From an uncultured Gammaproteobacteria bacterium (lineage in GTDB: Bacteria > Patescibacteriota > Microgenomatia > UBA10105 > UBA927), in assembly GCA_964573695.1 (NCBI GenBank), contig CAZNKB010000006.1:8879-72878 (forward strand): 64,000 nt of DNA, written 5' to 3'. Below the pieces are notes generated by a model. It made no database searches and was not told where the DNA came from. It worked only from the letters and a program-made list of their open reading frames with translations. The translations under genes were made by a program, and so were the position numbers. Shown here piece after piece: positions 17,884 through 28,112 of this stretch; position 1 is the first letter of the stretch; every line of letters starts with the position of its first letter.

Positions 17884-18577
17884 GGTTTATCTCCCGTGTT
17901 GCATCGAGTAAACGTGCAACAGTAAAAAATGGTCTGATAGACTTCCTCATTATCCCGAGAGGGAAATGAGCTTGATAGTCGCCCGCAAAGCGAACGCTTC
18001 GTGGGTCGTTATCGGCCAAGTTGATTGATTGTAGATATTTGTTCTGTTTTCTCCTGTATGTGTGGAAAAAGGTCGGATAAATCATCCCCTGTAGTGTTTT
18101 GTATACCCCCGGTTCCGCGCAGAATAGCATTCTGCAGAGAACGGGGGATACACGCGCCTCAAGGGACACCTACAATCATGGGAGTAACCATAAACCGTAA
18201 CGGCTTATTACTTATATGTACTCAGCCCCGATCAAATCGGGGTCAACTCTCTCTGTTAATGTGCCCTTTGGTACCGCAGGTTTCATCGCGATGATGAGCT
18301 GCAGAGGCCAAAAGAACCACGAGCGCTCAACTTTTGAGCACGCGTGTTCCTGGTTCATCACCAGAAACGAGGCGGAATAAAGATCCCGTCTCGTTTCCGG
18401 AGACGATGCGTTATCAGTCGTATGTCAAAAGTGCTAATGATATTGTTTCTCCTTGTTTGCACGCCTTAAGTATCAGTTCCTTACCGTCCAACATGGTTTC
18501 GTTATTTGCCAAGCGCTTCGCGCGAACCCATTTTGTTTTGTAACCTCGCGGATCAGAATCCGCTCGTTAACAAACAC

Positions 18578-18602
18578 AAAAAACCGGCTATCTCTGCCGG
18601 TT
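18578..18602 (-). terminator. intrinsic terminator of the sortase/DUF11 pair
   Basis: AACCGGC/GCCGGTT stem followed by a T-run on the minus strand. Confidence 0.6.
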
Positions 18603-18605
18603 ATT

Positions 18606-18640
18606 TTACTGTTTACTATTAACTGTTAGCTGTTTACTGG
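18606..18640. repeat. degenerate 7-bp tandem repeat x5
   Basis: ttactgt-ttactat-taactgt-tagctgt-ttactgg. Confidence 0.65.
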
Positions 18641-18678
18641 TTTTGTGCTCCGGCAGAAGCGTATTTTTTGCCTGCCTT

Positions 18679-19347
18679 TTAGGGTTTAATTGCTCCTTTC
18701 GCGAGAATCCCAAACCCAATGACAGCCAAAGCTAAAAATGGAAGCATATATGCGTAATCTTCGAATCCCGCAACAGGAAGGGTGGTTACACCCATAACTT
18801 TTGTCTGCACGCACATGCTGGCCGTATCCTGGTCGGATTGCCCGCCAGGGCCGGTGGCAGTTACCGTGTTGACGATGTCGCATGTGAGATCATTTTTGAA
18901 TGCAGAGGCGTCTTTGATTTTGACTAATACCCGATTATGGACGGTCGCTCCGGCTTTAAGATCCGAGATTTCGTACGTCAGTTTGTTTGCGTCAGCTTCG
19001 TATCTGCCAGGACCTGAGACAAACGTCACATACTCCGGAAACACATCGATTACCGTAACCGTGGCAAAGTTCACGTTGCTCGTGTTGGTCACCGCTATGT
19101 CGTATTCGACCTCGCTATTCACGGAATACGCGGCATCTGAACTCGTGATGTTTTCAACGAACGTATATGCGTTTTGGGCTTGTCTCACTTTTTTGTTGAC
19201 GACAATTCTGTTTGGGGGACACTCTACGGTATTGCCGTATTGGTTTGTACACGTCGGTGTTTCGTTGTAGTCGGCAAGTACGGTTGGTGTAACCGCAAAC
19301 AATGCGGTTGCCGTTAAGAACAAAGAAATAGCTTTGATTGATTTCAT
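18679..19347 (-). CDS. DUF11 (Ig-like) surface protein with LPVAG sorting signal
   Basis: Signal peptide; VEYDIAVTNT...VTVIDVFPEYVTFVS DUF11 pattern; LPVAG + TM + Lys tail. Confidence 0.8.
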   Translation of the reverse strand: MKSIKAISLFLTATALFAVTPTVLADYNETPTCTNQYGNTVECPPNRIVVNKKVRQAQNAYTFVENITSSDAAYSVNSEVEYDIAVTNTSNVNFATVTVIDVFPEYVTFVSGPGRYEADANKLTYEISDLKAGATVHNRVLVKIKDASAFKNDLTCDIVNTVTATGPGGQSDQDTASMCVQTKVMGVTTLPVAGFEDYAYMLPFLALAVIGFGILAKGAIKP

Positions 19348-19426
19348 ACTATATAGTTTGCTCTAGTAATTTGAGCGTTTGTGGAGTATATCACACTTAT
19401 ACACCAGAGTCAAGTGTTATAGGCTA

Positions 19427-20305
19427 TTAAATTTTTTGATCCTGGCTTTCTATGAGATCTGCGAATATAAGCAAACGCTGTGTCGTGCTTCCGGGAGGCC
19501 AGCAGGTTTGTAAAATGAGCCTACGAGCACCCCCTTGGGGCGCCAGGTAGGCGACAGCCGTGGGGTCGACGATCTGCTTACCGGTTATTTTGTAGGTGTA
19601 GCTCGCTCCCTTGTAAAACAAAACAACCATGTCGTTCTCTTCCAGATTTTTGAGGAGGTAAAATACGGCATTTAGATCACCCACGAACCAATCGTAATTG
19701 GTGGAGTGGGAAAAGAGGAATACGGTGCCGTCCTCGTTTGGGAAGTAGGAGAGCGAAGAGTGAGCTATACCCTTTTGGAGCGCTGCCAAGTACTCTCCCG
19801 GTTTGGTCGGATTGACAGCCGGAATTACCGCTGCATTGACCCCGATTTTCGGGATAACGAGCGAAAACTCTTTGTTTACCGGATCAATTGAGGCTCCGTC
19901 GGGGGTTTTAAGCGGGTCAAAAACCGCTGGAACTGCCTGTTGAGATGAGGCGACATCTGAAGCATGTTGAGCCTGTTTTGTGCCTGTCAGTCGGGATAGC
20001 TGTGTATTAGCCTCTGCAATGCCAGCTATAACATCGGCTTTGAATCCCGGCCAGGCGTGCTGAGCCTGAATAAGGGCATATTTCGTTTCGAGTCGTATGC
20101 GGGGTGTCAGAGGCCCTGTGAGTCCTCCAAGTGCCAGTGCTATAAGTCCCAATCCCACCAAATGTAGCCCCGATGATTTGTTGCGGTTATGTGAGATTGT
20201 AGATTGGTGTTTTCGTTCGCGTAGGACCGTAAGCGACGAAAGATCGCCGAGAGCGATTTGAGGCTGACTTTGGGTCCATTCAAAGATAATTCCGGTGGGT
20301 TTCAT
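19427..20305 (-). CDS. sortase
   Basis: LVIPKIGVNAAV; FSHS (catalytic His); LILQTCWPPG (Cys); downstream Arg; N-terminal TM. Confidence 0.88.
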   Translation of the reverse strand: MKPTGIIFEWTQSQPQIALGDLSSLTVLRERKHQSTISHNRNKSSGLHLVGLGLIALALGGLTGPLTPRIRLETKYALIQAQHAWPGFKADVIAGIAEANTQLSRLTGTKQAQHASDVASSQQAVPAVFDPLKTPDGASIDPVNKEFSLVIPKIGVNAAVIPAVNPTKPGEYLAALQKGIAHSSLSYFPNEDGTVFLFSHSTNYDWFVGDLNAVFYLLKNLEENDMVVLFYKGASYTYKITGKQIVDPTAVAYLAPQGGARRLILQTCWPPGSTTQRLLIFADLIESQDQKI

Positions 20306-20396
20306 GTAATGGGGGAGTATACACTATAAGATATTCTGAAGCAAGCGTATAACGGTTATAAAACGCAAAAGGCGAGAAGATTGTCTTTGGATACTG

Positions 20397-20792
20397 CTAT
20401 ATTTCTATGGGAGCGACGTATTTACCCGCGCGGTAATATCGTCCGTCAGGGCCCTGGGAGTATATACGTCGGTTGCGCGCGATAACTCTAAGTTCCAAAA
20501 TATCGGTGCGCTTCGAAGGAGATCCAAATACTGCAGTCTTGATTCTCCGTTGTCTGCCTGATAATTCCACGACAGTACGCCAGGTGTATGTGCCATGTTG
20601 TTTGGCATCTCTGGCTCCTCTCATACCGTCCCGTAGGCAGGTAAATGACCGGCAATGCCACGCTTTCTCGTCTTCGTATGGTGACACAGGAAGAAGACGA
20701 AGTCCGTCGTCAGTGAGTATTTGGGGAACTAATTCCGTGTGGCACTCGAGTCGTATCGGGCAGCCCTGGCATATGGCGTACTCTTGTTTCAT
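20397..20792 (-). CDS. hypothetical Cys-containing protein
   Basis: 131 aa with CQGCPIRLEC; start overlaps the GNAT stop. Confidence 0.55.
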   Translation of the reverse strand: MKQEYAICQGCPIRLECHTELVPQILTDDGLRLLPVSPYEDEKAWHCRSFTCLRDGMRGARDAKQHGTYTWRTVVELSGRQRRIKTAVFGSPSKRTDILELRVIARNRRIYSQGPDGRYYRAGKYVAPIEI

Positions 20793-21304
20793 ACCAGCTT
20801 CTTTTCAAATTTCAGGAGGCGGGTGTCATTGATTGTCACGTAGTCCGTGAGGGAAAATCCTGCCCCGGTAAATAATTTGATGCTTTTTTCATTGTCCGGT
20901 TTTATAAGCGCCCGCACCGAATGAAGTTGTGCGATATTTTTGGCATAGATAAGGATGTCAGATATTGCCTGTGTCCCGATACCTCGGCTTTGGTACTGCT
21001 TGTCTCCTATGACGATGCCGATTTCTCCCGTCGTTGTGGGGAGTTGATCTTGCCGAAGGCTTACAAACCCGACAGTTTTGTTGTCCGATACGATGTCGAA
21101 GTAATGGCGCAAAGGATCCGTCGTAGCGTTTGTCACCCAACGGTATACTTCTTCAGGATGTTCGGGCAGCACGCCACACATCCATTGTCGTATCTGTGGA
21201 TCCGTGATCCACCGCAGCCAATTGGCTCGTGTTTCTTTGGTCTGTTGGGTCGGCTTTAGGTGGACGTATGCGTGCGTTTCGCGCACTTCCTGTGTTGCAG
21301 TCAT
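20789..21304 (-). CDS. GNAT N-acetyltransferase (RimJ/RimL-like)
   Basis: GEIGIVIGDKQYQSRGIGT and NEKSIKLFTGAGF motifs. Confidence 0.88.
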   Translation of the reverse strand: MTATQEVRETHAYVHLKPTQQTKETRANWLRWITDPQIRQWMCGVLPEHPEEVYRWVTNATTDPLRHYFDIVSDNKTVGFVSLRQDQLPTTTGEIGIVIGDKQYQSRGIGTQAISDILIYAKNIAQLHSVRALIKPDNEKSIKLFTGAGFSLTDYVTINDTRLLKFEKKLV

Positions 21305-21374
21305 GATAAGCGACGGAGTATAACAGAAAAAGTTATAGGATACAAATATAGAGAAAGGATGTATAATGTGTTGT

Positions 21375-21620
21375 ATGTCAGGATATCTTTTTCGTGAACG
21401 AGGGGCCTACATTGTGGGCGTTACGTTTGAGTCGATGAAGCGAGGAAAAGATGCTCGCGACCGATTGCGTGCGCGAGTGTCCTTGCTCACAGAACATTCT
21501 TTCGAAATTGCAGATGCAGCAGATTTGGGAACCGTATGGTTTGGAACGGAAGGGTGGTCTCCCGAACAATTATTACAGGCCGCTCGTAAACGATTTCGTG
21601 CAGCCAGCGGAAAAAGGTGA
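21375..21620 (+). CDS. small hypothetical protein
   Basis: ORF with TATAAT 7 nt upstream of the ATG. Confidence 0.5.
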   Translation: MSGYLFRERGAYIVGVTFESMKRGKDARDRLRARVSLLTEHSFEIADAADLGTVWFGTEGWSPEQLLQAARKRFRAASGKR

Positions 21621-21674
21621 TAACCTCGAGGTCGATGCGTGATAGGAAGTAAGTGGTGATGTGACCCACTCGTT

Positions 21675-24600
21675 TTACACGGCTTTCTTTTTGGCAAACG
21701 ACACTTGAAGTTTGTCCCCCGCAACGTCAATGCGATTTGCTTTCCACGATGGGTTGATCTTGCCGTTTAAGTGCGTGAGTACCAGATCATTGAAATGATC
21801 GAGGCTTTCATGAATTGATTTTTGCCATGGTCTGGCAAGGAGCGGCAAATGGAGGCTCAATGTGTCTTTCTTAACTATGAGGCCATGTGTGGGGTCGGTA
21901 ATGAGTGTCCCCGCAAACTGCGCTTCGCCGACGATTGTTTTGGCCTTCATGTCGGTAAGTTTTACCGTGTTGCCTTCGATTGTAATTTTTCCTCCGGTGA
22001 TCCGGGCCCCCGGTAGTTCGACCGAGGATCGGACGTAATCCATAAGTTCACCGGTGGTAAGTTGTACTGCTGCTTGGGTTTCGCGTGCCTTGTTCAATAC
22101 GTATGTAATACGATCTTCGACTCCTTCAGGGAGGCGCTCGGGAGCGCGAGGTGTCTCCGTTTGTATCGCGGGTGGTTCTGTCGGCTGTGCGTTTGTTACG
22201 TCGGGAGATGCGATGCTTGAGGCGACAGTTTCTGTCGGTGTTTCCGCTTCAGTTGGTTTTTCCGGTTGGTCGCCTGCTAATGTTTCGAGATGTTCGCGGG
22301 GCGATTCGGGTGCGTTCGGGACTGCGGCAACTACCTCTTGCGCTGCGGTTTTTGCAAAGCTCTCAATGTCCGGTGTGGCTGCCATATTGGCGCTGAGGTT
22401 GGTCATATCCGTTATGGTAATCGCACCGTCTTTGAGTTCGTAGGTGAGTCCGAGCGTATCCATGGTGCGTCCAAAATACGCATCAAATCGTGCGGGGTTG
22501 GAAGATTTGAGCGTCGGGTACATGTTGGCATACATATTGTTGATATGGGCCTCCATAGTTTCTTTGGTGAATTGTTCGTTGGCTTTTTTGGCCATGTCTT
22601 CCCAATGCATGTCTTTGTATACTTCGTTGTTTGCAAGCGGCACCGAGGGCTCTGCAAGTCCGAGTTGTTGGAGTTGCATATAAACGGTTTCCTTTGGATC
22701 CATGGTTGCCGCTAACGAAGGGAGAGAAACCGCGACATCCGGAGTTTTTCTGGCGTCCGTTAACATCCAGGCGACCTCCCGTTCTTCCATGAGTGGGGAA
22801 TTGGGGTTATATCCGCCGATAGCAGCTAAAGAACCAGACCGTACAGCAGTGTTTCCCTGAAATGCAGCGGGTACGCTTTGCGTTTCTCCGTGACGGACGA
22901 GGGCATCAAAGATTTCAAACGCACGGTGATGTGCGAATAACATCGGGTAGTTGGCATACGCGTCTTTCGGAAGTTGATATATGCCGCTGACGATATCAAG
23001 AGAAGGATTGGCATCAAATGTATCGATGATGCTGGATAGATACGTGGCTTCGACCGGGTTTCCTGTGCTGTTTTCGGCAATAAGCGAAACTTCCGGCGCG
23101 TCCGGAGGGCGACTTGCGACCAGTGACAATGCGTAGTTACTCAGGTCCCGTTTTATGCGTCCGGAGGTCGGAGGTTCTGCATAGGTATTGGTGATAAATT
23201 GCACCTGCATATCCGGATGATCCGCACGGAAGCGGTCAATTTCTGCTTTGGTGTCTCCTGGTAGTGTGGAGGTGACTGATTCTGCCGGCGGGGTCACGTT
23301 GGCTTCGTAGACGACAAATGCCACGCGCTTCGGATCAAGCGCGGATCCGTCGGCATTTGTTTGTTGCGCGTATGTACTGAGCCGCTGATATATCGTATTG
23401 CCGTTTTGTACCAGGGGAATCGAAACGATTGCTCGTGTGTCAGGCGAGAGGACCGGATTATCTTGAGCTTTGAGCGCTTCAAGTGTTTGTTGTTCTTCCG
23501 GTGTGAGGAGCGAAAGGTACCAATCAATTTCTTCCCGTTCATTGAGTTTTGCTTGCGGATTTTCGGTGAGCCTTGGTGACATACGGTTTGCCCGTGCTTC
23601 ACGGTTTAAGAATGTTTCTTCATAGCCAAACGGACTGATCATGGTTTCACCCGGGATCATCTGACCCATGAGCCCCTCTATGGGAGCGGCTTCGAGGACC
23701 TCTCTATACGGCAAGAAAATCGGTATCCATGGAAGTTCTCGCGCCGCTGCTCCCGGAGTGACAACCGTTTCTACATGGTACGGAATTTCCAGAGGGGCGG
23801 ATGCGAAAATTTTACCCGGCTCATCACTCTTGAATACCTCCGTAAGGGTAAACTGATGTATGGCATCGGTTTTTACCTCAGTTATGGGTGTGGGCACTAT
23901 CGGAGTCCCGACAAATGGCGACTCAGGGCTTTCGGGTAATCCAAGTTTTTCCATGAGAGGAGCTAATTCTGCCTGACTGGGTAAATCGGCATCCCGTCCG
24001 AAATAGCTCATCCGAAGGAGAAGGGCGTCGATTTTGTCCTGATCGGAGCCTTTTTCCAGGAGGTGTAACGCGTCCATAGGACTCTGGCCCGAAGCGACGA
24101 TGTCTTGATAATGTTTGATCGCCAGATCATTCATTTCTGAAAAGCGATGTACGGCTTCCGGACTAAACAGCTCCTTCGGCACATTGATATGCGCATCATT
24201 AGCGATATGGGCGATATCAAATTCTTTGACCGGCGTATCCCCGAATGTGGCATCGCGGAGGCGGGCAACGTGGTCATAGGGGTTGCTTCCGTTATCGCCG
24301 AAACTTACGTTCTGCGGGATTCCGTCGGCCGTATGCGGTACGTAATGCTGTTCATACAGACGGAAAAGATTCTTGATACCATTGGCACTCGCTACCCGAT
24401 GTTCACCACTGGATTTGTCGAGGAAATAATCCCAAAGTCCACCTTCCTGCAGATCACTACCTTTGATGTCGATCATGTCACCTGCATTAGCACTTTCCGG
24501 TGTGCCGGAAACAAATACACTTGTTGCAGGGAACGATTCGATCTTTGCAGGAATGATTTCCTGAGATTTCCACTCAAATCCATTGGCTTTTAGATCTGCC

Positions 24601-27600
24601 GTCAGCTTCGCAAGCTCGGCCGGTGTGCCTTGTAGTTCTCCTGTTTGGGTAAAATCAACGGTACTTACGATTTGCTTATCTGCGTTGAGTATTTGCCAGT
24701 GATGACTACTGTCAAGATATTTGAGTGTATAATCTTCCGGCAATTTCGCGGTAAGTGGCTCTCCGCCTGGTGTTGTCAGGTGGGGAATGGTGACAACGTC
24801 ATGTATGCTGGAGACTGCCTCTCCGGCTTTGTGGGGTTCAGTTATCGATAATCCGGCTTTTACCAGCGCATCTTTGAATTGCTGTTCGGATAAATGCGTT
24901 CCGAGTACCACGTCTTCCTGTCCTTTAAGATTCTCGATAAGGCTGATATCCAATTTTGCGTCATAGAAAACTTTGCCGTTTTCGGTATATGGATTGACAA
25001 TCATTTCTTTGGGTAATTGATATACGTTATGCCCAATGGAAATGATGTGTTCGCCGGTCGGAGGAGATAGTTCGACATGCGACGAACCTGTAGCGTTTGC
25101 TGCGTCAGAAAGTTCGGCTGCCCCCCGGGTAACCGTATCGCTCGTCCCTATATGTGCAAGTCCCTGGAATGCGGCTCCTACCGCGGCTCCGACGACTCCT
25201 GCTTTGACGCCGTATTTGACGGCTTCGATCTTCGCTTCGGATTTGAATTCTTCGAGTATGGCGTCGAGTCCGAGCGCCTTCTCGTCGCCGCTTAGGTTTT
25301 TGGAAGCGAATGGCCACCGGCGCCTCATGATTTCTGCTTCCGGTGCATACGAAGAAACGAGGTTGAGCGTCAATTTCAGCGGATCGTCGAGGGCGTCAAG
25401 CGATTGGGCTCCTTGCCGTAGTACCTGCGTTTGGGTGACCGTTAGTTTTTCCATGAATTCCGCAAATGTATTGCCGCCAAGCACAAGGTCGGCCTGTTCG
25501 GTATGTCCGGCCAGATATGATTCGATATCAGCAAGTGCTTTGTTGGCGGTAAGATCGAGCGCGCTTCGCTCGCTTTCAATGGATTCGCGGTTTGTGTACT
25601 GTATCAAACCGATTCTTTTGGGTCCTGTTTCGCTGACTGCCTTGCGTGCGTGAAGATCGGCAATGGTAGCAAATGACGCCCGTAGTTCATCGTCGGACAG
25701 GTTTGCTTTGAGAGTATCGCCTTCGTAAAGGGAAGATTGCAGTGTCGCGATCATTTCGTCTGCCCTGCGTTGCTTGACTGCAAATTTTTCAAACCAGTTC
25801 CTGCGTTTCTGGGTTTCGGTAAACTGAGCGCCGCTTTCGCGTTCCCGTAGGTGTGTCATGTAATCTTTCTGCAATTGTCCGTATTCACGCCAGCCGGCGA
25901 ACAATCCTCCTGCAAGCGCTCCTCCCGTGAGACTTCCCAGCGGCCCTGTGATAGAGGCGACTGCTTTAAATGGCGCGGTCTTGAGGAAGTTGACTGCCGA
26001 GAGCGCGATTGCAACTCCCGAGCCGATTGTCGCTTCGTTAAAGACCATAGGAACTAAGACATGCTGCTTATTGAGCCAGTCGGCGATTTCCCGGATCTGT
26101 CCGACGCCTTTTTCCACCGCAGTCGGCTCCAAGCTGGTAACTTCTCCCATGGCGCCCAGTCCTAGTCGTATTTGCATGGAGTTTATCGCTTCATCGATAT
26201 TTGCGAGTCCTCCCTCATGGCTCATTTTGGTGCGTAGCGTTTCTGCTACCTCATACAGACTCGAACTATATAATTCTGCCTCAGCAAAAATATCCGGGCG
26301 TGTATTGTTTAGCGTCGCTTTGAAGAATTCTTTTGTTCGGGCATCAAATTCTGCTTTGTCCGCTATTTCGCCACTGGCGTATTGTTTGAGTAAGCTTTGT
26401 ATCCCTTCTACCAACGGTTTGTGTTCTTCGCGTGCAGGGTCGAGAATCTCGAGTTTTTCTCCCAGTTGCTTACGGACGAACTGATCCGCCTGGTCAAAAT
26501 CTCCTCCGAAGCGTGCGCGAACCGCTTTGGCTTCGCGCTCAAATGTCTCGAGACCTTTGATTTCTCCCGTAAGTCTCATGGTTCCGATTTCTTCCAGAGC
26601 GATATTTTGGATTGTGGTGCGCATGCCAACCTTATCTTTGAACCAGTCAACTGCCTTGGTCCCTATTCGGAGTATGAAATTGGAATCTGCCAATTTCGCA
26701 TTGTATTTGTCCGTGGCTCTTCGTTCGGCTAATCTGATCGCGTCTTCCGCAAAGGGTGTTTCTGCTGCCTTGAGCATGTCGATGTAGTATTGGCGGGCTT
26801 TTTCATGGAAATAAATGCCGCCGATGCTTTGCTTCCATGTAGTGACCGCGAAATTTTCTATGTTCGCTACCGCGTCTTTGGTTTTTTCCCAGAGATTGCG
26901 TGTCGCCTGGGTCCGCTCCGCGGATTGCGGATGCGTAAGCTTCTGCATACTACGGTCGGCCAAATCCAGCGCCCGGGTTTCATAGGCTTTGAGCCCCACA
27001 ATGGTAATGACATTGGGGTCTTCGGTCAGGGTTTCCAATATCTCGCGGGCGCCTTTGGCGGGAGTGGGTTCCTGCTGCACTGCCTCCGGCGTTGGAGCCT
27101 CCGGAGCATGTTGCTCTGGAGTCGCGGGAGCGGGAGTTTCGGGAGACAGGGCGGGTGATTCTGTCGGTTTGTCTTGACTTGTCGGGGTTTCCCCAGAGGC
27201 TGCCGGTTCCTGTGGTATTTGAGCCGGTGTTTCCTGTTTGATAGCCGGTGCGGCGGGAGCTTGCGGCTCCAGCGTGAGCATATCTTTCGTGATCATGTGA
27301 GTGGCGTTTTGTTCGTCTGACCATTGCAATCCCGAAATTTTATCCCAGGGTACTTCATCAAAGGCATTGAGATTTGTGAGCGGTTTATCGACGAGCTTGC
27401 CTTCCTCTCCTTTTTTGCGGCTGAGTTCTTTGACGAGAGGAACGATGCTTCCCACTCCGTCGTTGGAGCGTTTCTCTGCCGGTAATATGGTGATATAGGA
27501 AATATCCTTGCCTCCGATAAGCTGCGGCTGTGAAAGATAGATCGGCGTTTCTCCTACGATAATCGATTGCTGTTTGCCGATTTCAGGATTGTTTTGTGGT

Positions 27601-27617
27601 GGGATTGGTTCTGTCAT
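21675..27617 (-). CDS. 1980-aa multidomain protein with glycine-zipper segments and a degenerate GT2-like domain
   Basis: RAIVSIP...GNTAVRSGSLAAIGGYN GT2-like motifs; Gly-rich hydrophobic helices. Confidence 0.8.
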   Translation of the reverse strand: MTEPIPPQNNPEIGKQQSIIVGETPIYLSQPQLIGGKDISYITILPAEKRSNDGVGSIVPLVKELSRKKGEEGKLVDKPLTNLNAFDEVPWDKISGLQWSDEQNATHMITKDMLTLEPQAPAAPAIKQETPAQIPQEPAASGETPTSQDKPTESPALSPETPAPATPEQHAPEAPTPEAVQQEPTPAKGAREILETLTEDPNVITIVGLKAYETRALDLADRSMQKLTHPQSAERTQATRNLWEKTKDAVANIENFAVTTWKQSIGGIYFHEKARQYYIDMLKAAETPFAEDAIRLAERRATDKYNAKLADSNFILRIGTKAVDWFKDKVGMRTTIQNIALEEIGTMRLTGEIKGLETFEREAKAVRARFGGDFDQADQFVRKQLGEKLEILDPAREEHKPLVEGIQSLLKQYASGEIADKAEFDARTKEFFKATLNNTRPDIFAEAELYSSSLYEVAETLRTKMSHEGGLANIDEAINSMQIRLGLGAMGEVTSLEPTAVEKGVGQIREIADWLNKQHVLVPMVFNEATIGSGVAIALSAVNFLKTAPFKAVASITGPLGSLTGGALAGGLFAGWREYGQLQKDYMTHLRERESGAQFTETQKRRNWFEKFAVKQRRADEMIATLQSSLYEGDTLKANLSDDELRASFATIADLHARKAVSETGPKRIGLIQYTNRESIESERSALDLTANKALADIESYLAGHTEQADLVLGGNTFAEFMEKLTVTQTQVLRQGAQSLDALDDPLKLTLNLVSSYAPEAEIMRRRWPFASKNLSGDEKALGLDAILEEFKSEAKIEAVKYGVKAGVVGAAVGAAFQGLAHIGTSDTVTRGAAELSDAANATGSSHVELSPPTGEHIISIGHNVYQLPKEMIVNPYTENGKVFYDAKLDISLIENLKGQEDVVLGTHLSEQQFKDALVKAGLSITEPHKAGEAVSSIHDVVTIPHLTTPGGEPLTAKLPEDYTLKYLDSSHHWQILNADKQIVSTVDFTQTGELQGTPAELAKLTADLKANGFEWKSQEIIPAKIESFPATSVFVSGTPESANAGDMIDIKGSDLQEGGLWDYFLDKSSGEHRVASANGIKNLFRLYEQHYVPHTADGIPQNVSFGDNGSNPYDHVARLRDATFGDTPVKEFDIAHIANDAHINVPKELFSPEAVHRFSEMNDLAIKHYQDIVASGQSPMDALHLLEKGSDQDKIDALLLRMSYFGRDADLPSQAELAPLMEKLGLPESPESPFVGTPIVPTPITEVKTDAIHQFTLTEVFKSDEPGKIFASAPLEIPYHVETVVTPGAAARELPWIPIFLPYREVLEAAPIEGLMGQMIPGETMISPFGYEETFLNREARANRMSPRLTENPQAKLNEREEIDWYLSLLTPEEQQTLEALKAQDNPVLSPDTRAIVSIPLVQNGNTIYQRLSTYAQQTNADGSALDPKRVAFVVYEANVTPPAESVTSTLPGDTKAEIDRFRADHPDMQVQFITNTYAEPPTSGRIKRDLSNYALSLVASRPPDAPEVSLIAENSTGNPVEATYLSSIIDTFDANPSLDIVSGIYQLPKDAYANYPMLFAHHRAFEIFDALVRHGETQSVPAAFQGNTAVRSGSLAAIGGYNPNSPLMEEREVAWMLTDARKTPDVAVSLPSLAATMDPKETVYMQLQQLGLAEPSVPLANNEVYKDMHWEDMAKKANEQFTKETMEAHINNMYANMYPTLKSSNPARFDAYFGRTMDTLGLTYELKDGAITITDMTNLSANMAATPDIESFAKTAAQEVVAAVPNAPESPREHLETLAGDQPEKPTEAETPTETVASSIASPDVTNAQPTEPPAIQTETPRAPERLPEGVEDRITYVLNKARETQAAVQLTTGELMDYVRSSVELPGARITGGKITIEGNTVKLTDMKAKTIVGEAQFAGTLITDPTHGLIVKKDTLSLHLPLLARPWQKSIHESLDHFNDLVLTHLNGKINPSWKANRIDVAGDKLQVSFAKKKAV

Positions 27618-27622
27618 GGTGA

Positions 27623-27961
27623 TTAGTGTGTTTTTTGTTCGGTGACGCCGATATAGAGCCTATGGAAATCACTAAAAATCTGCGCGACCAAGATTTCCGG
27701 TTCTTTTACATAATTACTGATGAATTTTTGCACTTCCTCCGGTGCTGGATTGGTTTTTATGAGTTCGGCAAGCGCGGAGACCGCATCCGGATTGGTGGAG
27801 CTGACCATTTCTATAGTGCGGAGCGTGAGATACTGATTGAGTCTTTCGGTGAGTTCACGCTTGATGTCACTTCTGGTTGCATCGTCAAGGGGACTAGATG
27901 CAAATTTTTCGGCTATGAGCGAGTCGATAAAAGCATCGATAGCAGGAAGCGTAATGTCCAT
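27623..27961 (-). CDS. small acidic helical protein (DUF5663-like)
   Basis: 112 aa; 5 nt upstream of the giant gene; family assignment by resemblance only. Confidence 0.65.
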   Translation of the reverse strand: MDITLPAIDAFIDSLIAEKFASSPLDDATRSDIKRELTERLNQYLTLRTIEMVSSTNPDAVSALAELIKTNPAPEEVQKFISNYVKEPEILVAQIFSDFHRLYIGVTEQKTH

Positions 27962-28112
27962 AGATCTACATTATGGTAGTAGTGGGGGGCTGTCAAGGAC
28001 TGTACAACTATATAGAAATGATATGTTTTAAATCAAATAGACTTCATTTGGATTTCGCTTCGCAATGGGACGTGTTGCGAAGCTGATTTTTAGAGAGAAT
28101 GATATAGTTTTT

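Noticed and set aside
12039-17925. Long plus-strand ORFs (270, 291 and 231 aa) in the lipoprotein island
   Set aside because: They are antisense shadows of GC-rich genes that have clear signal peptides and SD sites on the minus strand.
17930-18030. RNase P RNA (GAGGAAGTC on the minus strand) or a known riboswitch
   Set aside because: The matching 3' P4 strand was not found and no aptamer consensus was recognised; kept only as unassigned structure.
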